A DNA stretch of 64,000 nucleotides from Parcubacteria group bacterium Gr01-1014_20 (GCA_007376265.1 VMFW01000005.1:198-64197), one strand, 5' to 3'. Counted from the first letter of the stretch, positions 1 through 10,478 are shown. Notes: generated from the letters alone by a model not told the origin. Numbers and translations are program-made.

Positions 1-649
1 GTCGTCAAAGCTTTTTATGAGCCATTCTTTAAGGGGTGGGAGAGTGGCCACGTAGGTGTCGAAAAGGGCGTCTAGAGTTTTTTCGTATTCATCGAGCAAG
101 CCCAGTTTTTCTAAGTCAGGCTTGGGGGTGTAGTAGAGATAGTGGTTGCCAACCTTGTTGCCAAAATTAACGTAGCGGGTGGATTTTTCGATGGGCTCCA
201 AGCCAATGCGACGGTCTTCTAAGAATTTCATGGCGACCTGAGAGATGCCCCAGAAGACCACGTGGGTGCCGGTCATCTGGGCGATTGAATCATCACCGTA
301 CTGTGAGAGCCACTTGGCGTAAAAAGATTGGGCACGCTGGTTATTCAAAATGTTTTTGAAACCGTGGCCTCGGAAAAACTTAACGGTCTCTTCGAGTTCG
401 GAGGCGAGGATTTTGTCCTCACCGTCAACGATTGGGTAGATGTATTCATCAAGGAGAACTCGAAGGAGTGAGTTTTTGGCGCGAGAAGCGCGAGAACAGA
501 GGGCACCCACTATTTCAGGAGGAAGGTTAGAGATGGCGGAAATTAAGCCCTTGGGGTTTGAGACAAAGGGTTCTAGATAATGGAGGTCACGTTCGGAGAA
601 ATCTTCGGCTGGGAATTGGGGTGCGTATTTTTCGAGTTCGGGAGTCATA
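1..649 (-). CDS. thyX: FAD-dependent thymidylate synthase ThyX-like (N-terminal part; C-terminus lies beyond window start)
   Basis: Manual minus-strand translation from ATG at 649-647 gives MTPELEKYAPQFP...THVVFWGISQVAMKFLEDRRIGLEPIEKSTRYV. The H-x-V-F ... R-x-R-x(8)-S-x-RY block resembles the ThyX signature region. Absent from the ORF track because it runs off the window edge. Confidence 0.5.
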
Positions 650-668
650 CCAATAAGTCTAAACTCAT

Positions 669-697
669 TTGACAAAATGACGAAAACAAAACAAAAT
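669..697 (+). promoter_or_regulatory. sigma70-like promoter (TTGACA-17 bp-CAAAAT) for the 736 gene; first copy of a duplicated ~55 bp promoter block
   Basis: TTGACA at 669-674, 17-bp spacer, -10-like hexamer at 692-697. Almost identical block at 1176-1204. Confidence 0.5.
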
Positions 698-735
698 ATG
701 GACAGTTTTTTAATCAATCAACCTGGAGGTGGGTC

Positions 736-1050
736 GTGGCAGAGCAAGGAAACTTGGAAGATCTAGTCAGAAAAGCGGTCCAAGAAAAACGTCCGTGCAA
801 AATAAAAGTGCGGAGCAATGCCGAGGCGGAAAGAGGTCGAGGATTGGTTCAAAGTTTTTCAAGCCCCGGCGCAGATTACTCGGGAATAATCTTTGAGATT
901 GCGGACATTGGGGTGGATGTAGCCGCTAGCGTGGCGACTGATCCAGACCTACTTGACGGCGTGCTTGAGGTTGGAGGAAACATCCTCGAGGGCGCGGCCG
1001 AGATTGGCGGAGCTATGCTTGAGTGGATTGGCGATGCGGCTTCAAGTTGA
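736..1050 (+). CDS. hypothetical small Gly/Ala-rich protein (GTG start)
   Basis: ORF of 104 aa. GTG start preceded by GGAGGT RBS 6 nt upstream, has its own promoter, and is followed by a clear terminator. Confidence 0.45.
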   Translation: MAEQGNLEDLVRKAVQEKRPCKIKVRSNAEAERGRGLVQSFSSPGADYSGIIFEIADIGVDVAASVATDPDLLDGVLEVGGNILEGAAEIGGAMLEWIGDAASS

Positions 1051-1090
1051 TTGAATGAATCATTGAGCGTAGTTTAAAATCTAAACGAAG

Positions 1091-1121
1091 GGCCGCTACG
1101 AAAGTAGCGGCTTTTTTATTT
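1091..1121 (+). terminator. rho-independent terminator
   Basis: GCCGCTAC-gaaa-GTAGCGGC hairpin followed by a TTTTTTATTTT run. Confidence 0.7.
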
Positions 1122-1175
1122 TGTAACTTTTTTTGGATAGGGACGTACGACTTAGGGTAGAAACAAAAAAGCTAT

Positions 1176-1204
1176 TTGACAAAATGATGAAAAGAAAATA
1201 GAAT
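1176..1204 (+). promoter_or_regulatory. sigma70-like promoter (TTGACA-17 bp-TAGAAT) for the rlpA-like gene; second copy of the duplicated promoter block
   Basis: TTGACA at 1176-1181, 17-bp spacer, TAGAAT at 1199-1204. The flanking sequence tttgacaaaatgaYgaaaa...atatggRcagttttttRaat is shared with 668-715. Confidence 0.55.
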
Positions 1205-1328
1205 ATGGGCAGTTTTTTGAATTTATAGATGCAGTCGTGGGACGTGTTCGCTGGTGAACGTGTTCTCACTTTAGGATTGATCGGTCCGCGATTTTTGTCT
1301 TACGGCGGGCTCTGGAAGGGAGAAGACA

Positions 1329-1808
1329 ATGAAGGAAATCATGGTATTGCTTTTGGGACTCACAATCACATTTTTTGCGAAAGATGTTAGTCCCAAGGGT
1401 GAAGACGATACCGAGTTTCAAGTTCAAAACACTCACACCGAGAGAAAGGTGACGGAGGTTTTAAACACCGGAATATCTGAAGCCGAGGTAATGGTGGCCT
1501 CTTGGTACGGTAAACCGTTTCATGGCCGACTTACGGCGAACGGTGAGAAGTACGACATGTATGGGATCTCAGCGGCTCATAAGTCTTTGCCATTAGGAGC
1601 TAAACTGAGAGTCACCAACCTAGCCAACGGATACTCCATCGACACGCTCCCGGTCAATGATCGGGGACCCTACATTGACGGCCGAGATCTTGATTTGTCC
1701 TTTCGGGCTGCGTCAGAGCTCGGATTTGTCTACGATGGACTAGCGAAACTTTTGGTTGAGATTATCTATCTTCCGCCTACTCCCAAAAAACGAAGCCCCG
1801 CAACTTAA
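1329..1808 (+). CDS. RlpA-like double-psi beta-barrel (DPBB) lipoprotein / septal ring lytic transglycosylase family
   Basis: N-terminal hydrophobic signal, then ASWYG..FHGRLTANGE.YD...AAHKSLPLG..L.VTNL.NG.S....VNDRGPY...R.LDLS..AA..LG, typical of the RlpA DPBB domain. GGAGAAG RBS. Confidence 0.65.
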   Translation: MKEIMVLLLGLTITFFAKDVSPKGEDDTEFQVQNTHTERKVTEVLNTGISEAEVMVASWYGKPFHGRLTANGEKYDMYGISAAHKSLPLGAKLRVTNLANGYSIDTLPVNDRGPYIDGRDLDLSFRAASELGFVYDGLAKLLVEIIYLPPTPKKRSPAT

Positions 1809-1828
1809 GCGGGGCTTTTTATTTTTTT
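1794..1828. terminator. bidirectional rho-independent terminator shared by convergent genes
   Basis: AGCCCCGC-aactta-GCGGGGCT hairpin with a T-run downstream and an A-run upstream. The stop codons of both convergent ORFs lie in or next to it. Confidence 0.7.
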
Positions 1829-2319
1829 AACCTTTTGGTTTTGGCGGGGCTAGTTCTTCGAGGACCGCAGTTGGGGTCGAGAATCTCGATCAGGTAATAA
1901 CGGCCGTTGTCTTTGAAGAATGAGAGGAGCCAATCTCGATTGCCTGACACCTCACACGTTATGTAAGATGAATCGATGTACCAGCGTAAGTTTCTGGTTT
2001 GGAGTTTGTGCTTTAAGTCAGCGATCTTGTCTGGATGACAGAGGATGCTCATGCCATGGTTAATCTGGACGATCAAGCCGGGCTTGTCGACATAGAAAGC
2101 GAGCATCCCACCATTCATACCCAGCCTTATCATGCCGGTGTCGAGCAGGAACTCGCCAAACTTTTTTTCATCCCAGTTTTCGAGAACGAAAAGCATGGAA
2201 TCGATGACGGCTTTGGCTTCGGTGGAGTCAGGAATGTTTTTCGGATTTTCTTTGGCCACAGCCTTGGCGGAGATTGCAAGCAGAACAAGAATCGTGGCAA
2301 AACACGTTACTTTTTTCAC
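1819..2319 (-). CDS. hypothetical secreted protein (N-terminal signal peptide)
   Basis: ORF of 166 aa. MKKVTCFATILVLLAISAKA signal-like N-terminus. No recognisable domain. Confidence 0.45.
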   Translation of the reverse strand: MKKVTCFATILVLLAISAKAVAKENPKNIPDSTEAKAVIDSMLFVLENWDEKKFGEFLLDTGMIRLGMNGGMLAFYVDKPGLIVQINHGMSILCHPDKIADLKHKLQTRNLRWYIDSSYITCEVSGNRDWLLSFFKDNGRYYLIEILDPNCGPRRTSPAKTKRLKK

Positions 2320-2461
2320 ATCGCCTCCTTTTAAAGGGTCTGGGATAAGTCTAGGGCGTTTTGAGCTTTAGAGTCAAGAACTCGTAGTTTTCAGAGAGTA
2401 TCGAAAGTGATTTACAGAAAGCGAAAGGGCAGTAATACCCGAAGAAGGGCAGGTCACGGTT

Positions 2462-2920
2462 TTGAATACGGATTCTCTGAAGAGTAACGGCGAGGTAGAG
2501 ATTGTCTGCGGATTGAGGGTGCTCGAAGAAGAACCCCCAAGACTACAAAACCTCGATTCGCTGTTCTCCTCTACCAAAGAAGATCGAGAGGCTTTCCGCC
2601 GATTTCTAGACGAGGCCATAGTGCTCGAGAGTTGGGCCTGCTTCGGATCACCAGATGCCTACAGCAAGGAAAATCAGGCTAAGGCGGTAATCACTTATTG
2701 CTATCACGGTGAGCCTTCTTTTGAGATTATAAGGCGACTCAAGGCGGCGACCGCCAAGCGGAATGTTCTTTACATGACCGAAAGAGTTGGCGAAGATGAA
2801 CGGGAGCAGTATGTGATTCGTGAGACTGGTCGGGGTTGCAAGCACTCTCTCTATTACTCGCTTGACATGTCGACCAGAGAACTTGGAGAAGCCCTAGATC
2901 AGTTACGAAAAAAGCAATAA
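2462..2920 (+). CDS. hypothetical protein
   Basis: ORF of 152 aa followed by a terminator. No recognisable family. Confidence 0.35.
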   Translation: MNTDSLKSNGEVEIVCGLRVLEEEPPRLQNLDSLFSSTKEDREAFRRFLDEAIVLESWACFGSPDAYSKENQAKAVITYCYHGEPSFEIIRRLKAATAKRNVLYMTERVGEDEREQYVIRETGRGCKHSLYYSLDMSTRELGEALDQLRKKQ

Positions 2921-2923
2921 CAT

Positions 2924-2958
2924 CGACGACGAAGAAACTCACTCTTCGTCGTTTTTTA
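2924..2958 (+). terminator. rho-independent terminator
   Basis: CGACGACGAAGA-aactcac-TCTTCGTCG hairpin followed by TTTTTTATT. Confidence 0.65.
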
Positions 2959-2962
2959 TTGG

Positions 2963-2997
2963 AAAAAAATCCCCCGCTCGCAATTGCGAACGGGGGA
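2963..2997 (-). terminator. rho-independent terminator for the 3004..3426 gene
   Basis: Near-perfect 28-bp palindrome TCCCCCG...CGGGGGA preceded on the plus strand by AAAAAAA. This reads as a U-run after the hairpin on the minus transcript. Confidence 0.6.
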
Positions 2998-3003
2998 TAG
3001 GAA

Positions 3004-3426
3004 TTATTCGGACAAATCTGGAATAATACCGAGGAGCATGAGAAGACCATGAACGACTGAATCTCGAACAGGCATTACGGCCAAGAAACGAGGACCTTCT
3101 CGAAGCACATAGTCTGCGTGTTCGCTCGAGACCTGGTCGTTATAACCTAGGTGGAATTCCCTTTCGTAGATTCTCCCAGGATGAGGATTCGTGCAAGCCC
3201 GGAGTATAAAACTGTCCATCGGAAACTGATGAACGCCAGTTTTTAATTCGGGTGGTCGGCCACCTGCAGCGAGTGTGAACGAAAGAGCGACAGCTCCTGT
3301 TTCGGACGACATGAAAAGCTCTCGTCTGACGGCATTATGAACCCGGAAGTAATGCCTTGTTGTCCGAGTCCCGATGGTTCGTTCGAGACTGCAGAAAAGC
3401 GGGTGACTGGAACTAACGGTAGCCAT
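3004..3426 (-). CDS. hypothetical protein
   Basis: ORF of 140 aa with its own consensus promoter and terminator. No confident family assignment. Confidence 0.4.
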   Translation of the reverse strand: MATVSSSHPLFCSLERTIGTRTTRHYFRVHNAVRRELFMSSETGAVALSFTLAAGGRPPELKTGVHQFPMDSFILRACTNPHPGRIYEREFHLGYNDQVSSEHADYVLREGPRFLAVMPVRDSVVHGLLMLLGIIPDLSE

Positions 3427-3496
3427 GATACTCCTCCTTGTGGTTCACGGCCGTTAACTTGGAAATGAGGCTTTTTGGCCTCGTTGACTATCGACC

Positions 3497-3525
3497 ATTA
3501 TATGCTAATTATCTATTTTTGTCAA
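3497..3525 (-). promoter_or_regulatory. consensus sigma70 promoter TTGACA-17 bp-TATAAT (minus strand) for the 3004..3426 gene
   Basis: Minus-strand reading TTGACAaaaatagataattagcaTATAAT has perfect -35 and -10 hexamers with 17-bp spacing. Confidence 0.6.
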
Positions 3526-3537
3526 ATAAGTTGCCGG

Positions 3538-3572
3538 CTAAAAATCCCGCATATAAGCGGGATTCTTATTTT
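3538..3572 (-). terminator. groESL terminator
   Basis: AATCCCGC-atataa-GCGGGATT hairpin flanked by A/T runs on both strands, ~60 nt after the groEL stop. Confidence 0.6.
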
Positions 3573-3602
3573 AATGTATCCGCTCGCCGTACTGGCTCAG
3601 GA

Positions 3603-3633
3603 TAACATTTATAAAAGCTAGCTTTTATAAATG

Positions 3634-3636
<3 letters not shown>
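3603..3636. repeat. 34-bp perfect AT-rich palindrome overlapping the groEL stop codon
   Basis: TAACATTTATAAAAGC-TA-GCTTTTATAAATGTTA is its own reverse complement and includes the stop codon at 3634-3636. Confidence 0.8.
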
Positions 3637-5587
<1,951 letters not shown>

Positions 5588-5601
5588 TGATTTTTATTAA
5601 A

Positions 5602-5628
5602 TTAGCACTCCCGACCAAGGAGTGCTAA
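5602..5628. promoter_or_regulatory. CIRCE (HrcA operator) inverted repeat
   Basis: TTAGCACTC-N9-GAGTGCTAA matches the CIRCE consensus perfectly, 14 nt upstream of the groES start. Confidence 0.9.
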
Positions 5629-5630
5629 TC

Positions 5631-5659
5631 AGTTTAGTTGGCTAACCGAACCTTGTCAA
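5631..5659 (-). promoter_or_regulatory. sigma70-like promoter (TTGACA-17 bp-TAAACT) of groESL, abutting CIRCE
   Basis: Minus-strand reading TTGACAaggttcggttagccaacTAAACT lies immediately upstream of CIRCE. Confidence 0.55.
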
Positions 5660-5748
5660 GGCGGGTTTATTTTGACTTGTTTAACTCGTCGTAGACCCCC
5701 ACGACTTAAGGATTTAAGTGTGGGGGCAAGTATTTAAAACTTGAAGGT

Positions 5749-6672
5749 TTAGTTTTTCGTCCGGTTTAGTTCTTCATAAATATTGAGGACTGCCTTCACC
5801 GCATCACCAGCCGAGATGTTGTTCTGCTTGTAGAGGACGTCGGTGGCATCCCCTGCCGCCCAGATACCCGGCACGGAGGTTTTTTGATTTTTGGGATCGG
5901 TCGTAATCTCTCCAAATTTATTTAGCTCGACAAAACCTTTTACAAACTCGGTGTTGGGAGTGATGCCAATTTCGACAAATATGCCTTCGACGGCAAGTTC
6001 CTTGGTTTCGTTATTTTTTCGATCGAGATACTTAACGCCCGTAACATTTTCCTTGCCCAAAATTTCCAAGGTCTGGGCCATGGTGATGATTTCGACTTTC
6101 GGGTTGGTTTTAATTTTTTCCTGGGTGACAGGATCAGCTTTGAGGCTATCAGAGAATTCTAAAACGTAAATTTTTGGAGCATAGGGCAAGAGATCAATGA
6201 CTGCCTCAAGGCCAGCATTGCCGCCGCCTACAACGGCGACGGTCTTTCCGCCAAAAAGAGGCGCGTCACAGATTGAACAGTAAGCCACACCCTTTCCTTC
6301 ATGTTCATTTTCACCCGGGATACCCAAGCGTCGCCGGCGGGAACCCGAGGTGACCAAAATATACTTAGTTTCGAGCGCTTTGCCGTTTTTGGTTGAAACT
6401 TTGAAGCCCGTAGGGGTTTTCCCCACTTCCATGACTAAATCGCCATCGAAGATCTCTATCTCTGCCTGAGCCCTGAGGTGAGATTCAAGGTTTTGGCCAA
6501 GATCAAAGCCCGAGATGGACTTGGTGCCAATCCAGTTTTGAACATCAGCGGAAACCAAAGACTGGCCACCAAAAGTCTCAGTGATTAAAGCGGTTTTAAT
6601 CTTTTTCCTTGCGGCATAGACACCGGCGGCCACACCGCCCGGTCCACCGCCAATAATTAAAAGCTCGTACAT
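5749..6672 (-). CDS. trxB: thioredoxin-disulfide reductase
   Basis: 307 aa. GGGPGG FAD motif, redox-active CSICDAPLF, second GGGNAG NADPH motif. Confidence 0.85.
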   Translation of the reverse strand: MYELLIIGGGPGGVAAGVYAARKKIKTALITETFGGQSLVSADVQNWIGTKSISGFDLGQNLESHLRAQAEIEIFDGDLVMEVGKTPTGFKVSTKNGKALETKYILVTSGSRRRRLGIPGENEHEGKGVAYCSICDAPLFGGKTVAVVGGGNAGLEAVIDLLPYAPKIYVLEFSDSLKADPVTQEKIKTNPKVEIITMAQTLEILGKENVTGVKYLDRKNNETKELAVEGIFVEIGITPNTEFVKGFVELNKFGEITTDPKNQKTSVPGIWAAGDATDVLYKQNNISAGDAVKAVLNIYEELNRTKN

Positions 6673-6690
6673 GGGGTTATGAATAATGAA

Positions 6691-6873
6691 TTAGGAATTA
6701 GGAGGGGTAGTGGATTTTTCTTTGCCGAAGACGGCCCAGAGGTTGATTAAGAAAATGATCGTGCCAACGATAACGTTGCTCCACTTCATGATCGAGATGC
6801 TCGAAAAACCTAAAACCCACGGCGAGATGACAAGCCAAAAACCCAAGAAAAGTTGAACTCTTTTTTGACTCAT
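6691..6873 (-). CDS. small membrane protein (two predicted TM helices; SPW-repeat-like)
   Basis: 60-aa hydrophobic ORF just upstream of trxB. Confidence 0.35.
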   Translation of the reverse strand: MSQKRVQLFLGFWLVISPWVLGFSSISIMKWSNVIVGTIIFLINLWAVFGKEKSTTPPNS

Positions 6874-6905
6874 TCAAGTATTATAGGGCAAAAAAATTCG
6901 GCGTC

Positions 6906-6946
6906 AAAAAAATACTCCCCGACTATGGGTCAGGGGGTATTTTTTC
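6906..6946. terminator. imperfect hairpin flanked by A-run and T-run (bidirectional terminator-like)
   Basis: AAAAAAATACTCCCCGACtatgGGTCAGGGGGTATTTTTT. Confidence 0.45.
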
Positions 6947-6948
6947 TC

Positions 6949-7116
6949 TTAACGTCTGGCTTGTTTTTGATTTTTCCAGCAATCTAGGCAAAGAAGACGG
7001 TTGAGGCGATTGGGGTCTGGTTCAAATGGGAGCTGCGTGATTTTATTACCGCAATTTGAGCATTTCCAATCTCCTTGATACTTTTTTTTCTCTTCGGGGT
7101 TGTTTTGGTAATCCAT
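6949..7116 (-). CDS. small zinc-ribbon protein (CxxC-x19-CxxC), 55 aa, not in the supplied ORF track
   Basis: Manual minus-strand translation gives MDYQNNPEEKKKYQGDWKCSNCGNKITQLPFEPDPNRLNRLLCLDCWKNQKQARR. ATG at 7116, TAA at 6949-6951, followed by a terminator-like hairpin. Confidence 0.4.
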   Translation of the reverse strand: MDYQNNPEEKKKYQGDWKCSNCGNKITQLPFEPDPNRLNRLLCLDCWKNQKQARR

Positions 7117-7142
7117 TGTTATTTTAAAATTTCGCCCTTTTA

Positions 7143-7847
7143 TTATTTAAGCAGTTCGTCGATAACGCCTTTCAGGGATGGCCCAGCGGCGCTTTCAAAC
7201 TCAACAAAACCGTTGCCAACTTGCTCGCCGTTTATGAAAATGGCTGGAGTGCCTCTAACGCCGGCTGATCTCCCCTCGGCGGTATCGGTTTCAACTTGTT
7301 TGGCGTATTTATCCGCATCAAGACAACTAGTGAAGGAGGCGAGATTTAGCTTCAAGTCGGTGGCGATTTTTAGGAAAAGATCGCGGTTGAGGTTGCCGTT
7401 TTTCTCGGCTCCGTCTTTGTGTTCTGCTCGATAGAGCTCGTCGTGGTAAACCCAAAACTTGCTTTGGTCCTTAGCGCACTCGGCCGCTTCGGCGGCGGCA
7501 AAAGATTCTGGACCTATGAAAGCAAAATTCCGGTAAACCATCTTAACTTTTCCAGACTCGATGTACCCCTTTCTTAGTTTATCCTCAACTTCCGTGAAAA
7601 ACTTACCGCACCAAGGGCATTGATAGTCACCGTACTCGATAAGAGTAACGGGGGCCTTGGTGTCGCCCAATATGACGTCACGACTCGACACTTCAACCTT
7701 GCTTTTTACATCGCCAGCTAATGGAACCTGATTGCTGGTGTTTGCGGAATTTTTACTCCCGACCATGTAGATAATGGATCCGGAGATGAGGAGGGCGGCG
7801 ACCAAGATGCTTCCGGGGAGAAAAAAATCTTTTTTGTTGTTGTCCAT
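7143..7847 (-). CDS. DsbA-family thiol:disulfide oxidoreductase (thioredoxin fold, N-terminal membrane anchor)
   Basis: 234 aa. N-terminal TM helix, CPWC active site (YQCPWCGKF). Confidence 0.75.
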   Translation of the reverse strand: MDNNKKDFFLPGSILVAALLISGSIIYMVGSKNSANTSNQVPLAGDVKSKVEVSSRDVILGDTKAPVTLIEYGDYQCPWCGKFFTEVEDKLRKGYIESGKVKMVYRNFAFIGPESFAAAEAAECAKDQSKFWVYHDELYRAEHKDGAEKNGNLNRDLFLKIATDLKLNLASFTSCLDADKYAKQVETDTAEGRSAGVRGTPAIFINGEQVGNGFVEFESAAGPSLKGVIDELLK

Positions 7848-7917
7848 AGATTTGTGAATTTTATATTAGGCAACCCCAGGCTGTCAACAAAGGGGTTCGC
7901 AGGCTATACTTAGAGCT

Positions 7918-8508
7918 ATGATAGCGGCGACCATCGCGTGGCTCTTGGCTTATAGATATTGGGTGATCTTACCAGTGACGGTTTTTGAGGGACCGATCGC
8001 AATGGTGGTGTGTGGGTTTCTTTTGAAGTTGGGCTATTTTAGTTTGGTGCCGGTTTACTTTGTTTTGCTTCTTGGTGATTTGGTCGGTGATTTTTTTTGG
8101 TATGGGGTGGGTTACTATGGCGCGAGGCCGATTGTTCACCGATACGGCCATTTTATAAGCCTGAACGATAAAATGCTTGAAAAAATCGAGGACGTTTTTA
8201 AGAAAAATCAGAACAAAATACTTTTTATTTCGAAGATAACCATGGGCCTAGGATTTGCTCTCGTAACCTTAATTACCGCCGGAGCGATTCGGGTGCCACT
8301 TAAGAAATACGCGGCTATTAACATTGTGGGCGGGTTTATCTGGACAGCGTTTTTGCTTAGCCTGGGGTATTGGTTTGGAAATATTTACTTACAAATCGAC
8401 CAGACATTCCAGGTGATATTCTTGGTTGCAATAGCGAGTATTTTATTACTGGCTATTTTCGGGTTTAGAAAATACATCCGACAAAGGGTAATTGAGGACA
8501 AAATATGA
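7918..8508 (+). CDS. DedA/SNARE-associated family membrane protein
   Basis: 196 aa polytopic protein with a VTVFEGPIAMVVCGFL...GDFFWYGVGY pattern typical of DedA/TVP38. Confidence 0.7.
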   Translation: MIAATIAWLLAYRYWVILPVTVFEGPIAMVVCGFLLKLGYFSLVPVYFVLLLGDLVGDFFWYGVGYYGARPIVHRYGHFISLNDKMLEKIEDVFKKNQNKILFISKITMGLGFALVTLITAGAIRVPLKKYAAINIVGGFIWTAFLLSLGYWFGNIYLQIDQTFQVIFLVAIASILLLAIFGFRKYIRQRVIEDKI

Positions 8509-9224
8509 TCTCGATAATTATTCCAACTTTAAACGAAGAGGGGGTCATCAGTAGAACGATCCGAAAACTTAAGGAGGGACTTGGGGCAGTTCCACACGAA
8601 ATTATTGTCTCGGATGGCGGGAGTAAGGACAAAACAGCTCGAATTGCCGAGGGTCTGGGGGTGAAAGTTTTTGTCGACCCAAAACCGGGGACTATCGCCA
8701 AAGGAAGAAACGAGGGAGCAAAGAGAGCGGCGGGCGCGTACCTGGTTTTTCTCGATGCAGATGTTTTCATTCCAGATCCGGAGGGATTTTTCAAAAGATT
8801 GATTGGGGTTTTTGAATCAAAGTCGGAGGTGGTAGCCGCGACGGTTGGGATAAGAGTCCTTCGGGAGCTGGAAACCCGGATGGACAGACTAGTCTTCTCC
8901 TCGCTTAACCTTTTCCATTTAATTTCTAACAACATTTTTAATTTTGGGAGGGCGGCGGGGGAATTTCAGATGATTCGGTCTCGTGTCTTTAAAGAACTAG
9001 GGGGCTACCGAGAAGATTTAGCGGCAAGCGAAGACTATGATTTATTTTCTCGCTTATCGAAGGTGGGGAGAGTTCTATTCGTTCGAGGCCTTACGGTTTA
9101 TCATACTGGCAGACGGGCACATAAAATCGGTTGGCCAAGATTGCTCCTCGAATGGTCACGCAACGCTTTTATGGTTACCTTTTTCAAGCGGTCGCATAGC
9201 AAAAAATGGGAAGTAGTCCGTTAA
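8505..9224 (+). CDS. glycosyltransferase family 2
   Basis: ISIIIPTLNEE...DGGSKD...LDADV motifs. Overlaps dedA by 4 nt (ATGA). Confidence 0.8.
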   Translation: MISIIIPTLNEEGVISRTIRKLKEGLGAVPHEIIVSDGGSKDKTARIAEGLGVKVFVDPKPGTIAKGRNEGAKRAAGAYLVFLDADVFIPDPEGFFKRLIGVFESKSEVVAATVGIRVLRELETRMDRLVFSSLNLFHLISNNIFNFGRAAGEFQMIRSRVFKELGGYREDLAASEDYDLFSRLSKVGRVLFVRGLTVYHTGRRAHKIGWPRLLLEWSRNAFMVTFFKRSHSKKWEVVR

Positions 9225-9955
9225 ACATGGGGGTTTCGATAGTCATTCCGGCTTTAAACGAAAAAAGGCAGCTGCCGGTTTTGCTCAACTCGATATTTTC
9301 ATGTCGAGACTTAGAGATAGAAGTGATTGTGGTGGATGGCAAATCCGAGGATGGAACACTTATGATGGTCGATGAGATGAGAGGAAGGGCACCGAAGAAT
9401 GTAACAGTTAAAAGTTTGATTAGTGATAAACGGAATGTTTCCTATCAAAGAAACATGGGGGCAGAGGCGGCAAAGAGCGAGGTAATTATTTTTCTGGATG
9501 CGGATACGGCCGTTTACCCGGATGCCCTTAAGCGTCTCGTTCAACTCTTTGTGATTGGGGGGTATTCAGCAGCCTCCTCTAGATTCGAACCCCTAGAAAA
9601 AGACTGGAGAGCGACGGTTTATTACCTGATTTTGTACCTGTTTCATAAGATTATGGAGAGAATAAGCCCATATGCGGTTGGCTCTTGCATAATCACCCGA
9701 AAAGAAACTATAAATAGGTGCGGTGGATTTGACCCGACTATAAGGATAAACGAGGATGCTAACTTCGTTTCAAGGGCTAGAAAATGCGGGGGTTTCAAAA
9801 TATTCAATATTCCGGTTAAAGTTTCAAGTAGAAGGTTTAAGCAGCACGGATACTTCCGGATGGGCATGCAGTACATCTGGATTTTCCTTAAAAGAACTTT
9901 GTTTGGTGAAATCAGGGACGACAAAATTAAGTACGAATTTGGAAAATATGAATGA
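9206..9955 (+). CDS. glycosyltransferase family 2
   Basis: VSIVIPALNEK...VDGKSEDGT...LDADT motifs. Confidence 0.8.
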   Translation: MGSSPLNMGVSIVIPALNEKRQLPVLLNSIFSCRDLEIEVIVVDGKSEDGTLMMVDEMRGRAPKNVTVKSLISDKRNVSYQRNMGAEAAKSEVIIFLDADTAVYPDALKRLVQLFVIGGYSAASSRFEPLEKDWRATVYYLILYLFHKIMERISPYAVGSCIITRKETINRCGGFDPTIRINEDANFVSRARKCGGFKIFNIPVKVSSRRFKQHGYFRMGMQYIWIFLKRTLFGEIRDDKIKYEFGKYE

Positions 9956-10478
9956 AACTAAAGCAACTCTCTTTGCAACAGTAATGACTCTAATTTACAC
10001 CCTGCTGGGCTTGGTGAGTATTTTTTACATGGTAGATGATTGGCTTGTTTCTTTGCCGATTGTGGTTTTCTATTTTTTGATTTTGGTTAGTACTCATCTC
10101 TCGGTCAGTTTTTTCTTAAGTATTATTCCGGAACACAGTTATATCCAAAAAGTAATCAACGGAGCGCTCCTGGTGATTTATTTTATTTTAGCTTTTAACC
10201 TAAACCACCCGCTCAATTTTATGATCGTAACAGCGCTACTTTTTTCAGTTTCAACGATAAAATACTTGCTGATGGTAGAGGAAAATCCTCATAAAAAACT
10301 GCTCTGGCGAAAAGTGAGTGTTCAAACGCTCGGAACAATCGCGTGCATACTAACAATACTCGGGATACTAAGCGGCTACGCCTTGATTTCAACTTCTTTG
10401 TGGCTGTTTTGTTTTATTATCGCCAACATCTACATTATTTCCATAAAACCGCTTTATAGAATCTCGAATGAGGATTAA
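9948..10478 (+). CDS. polytopic membrane protein of unknown function
   Basis: Track ORF 9756..10478 trimmed to internal ATG at 9948 (MNETKATLF...), which overlaps the upstream stop as ATGAATGA. About five hydrophobic helices. Confidence 0.45.
   Translation: MNETKATLFATVMTLIYTLLGLVSIFYMVDDWLVSLPIVVFYFLILVSTHLSVSFFLSIIPEHSYIQKVINGALLVIYFILAFNLNHPLNFMIVTALLFSVSTIKYLLMVEENPHKKLLWRKVSVQTLGTIACILTILGILSGYALISTSLWLFCFIIANIYIISIKPLYRISNED

Noticed and set aside
2035-2619. ORFs 2035..2334, 2132..2371 and 2374..2619 overlapping the 1819..2319 gene and the region before 2462
   Set aside because: They are antisense or overlapping a better-supported signal-peptide protein. Their translations are Ser/Arg-rich nonsense-like.
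8465-8935. Minus-strand 156-aa ORF overlapping the GT2 gene
   Set aside because: The plus-strand frame has clear GT2 motifs, so the antisense ORF is a shadow.
9578-9600. tRNA T-arm-like string AGATTCGAACCCCTAG
   Set aside because: It lies inside a GT2 coding frame with sensible translation, and no acceptor or anticodon stems could be assembled around it.
9756-9947. 5' extension of the membrane-protein ORF (track start 9756)
   Set aside because: The extension overlaps the upstream GT2 gene by ~200 nt and is hydrophilic nonsense. An internal ATG at 9948 overlapping the stop as ATGAATGA is far more plausible.
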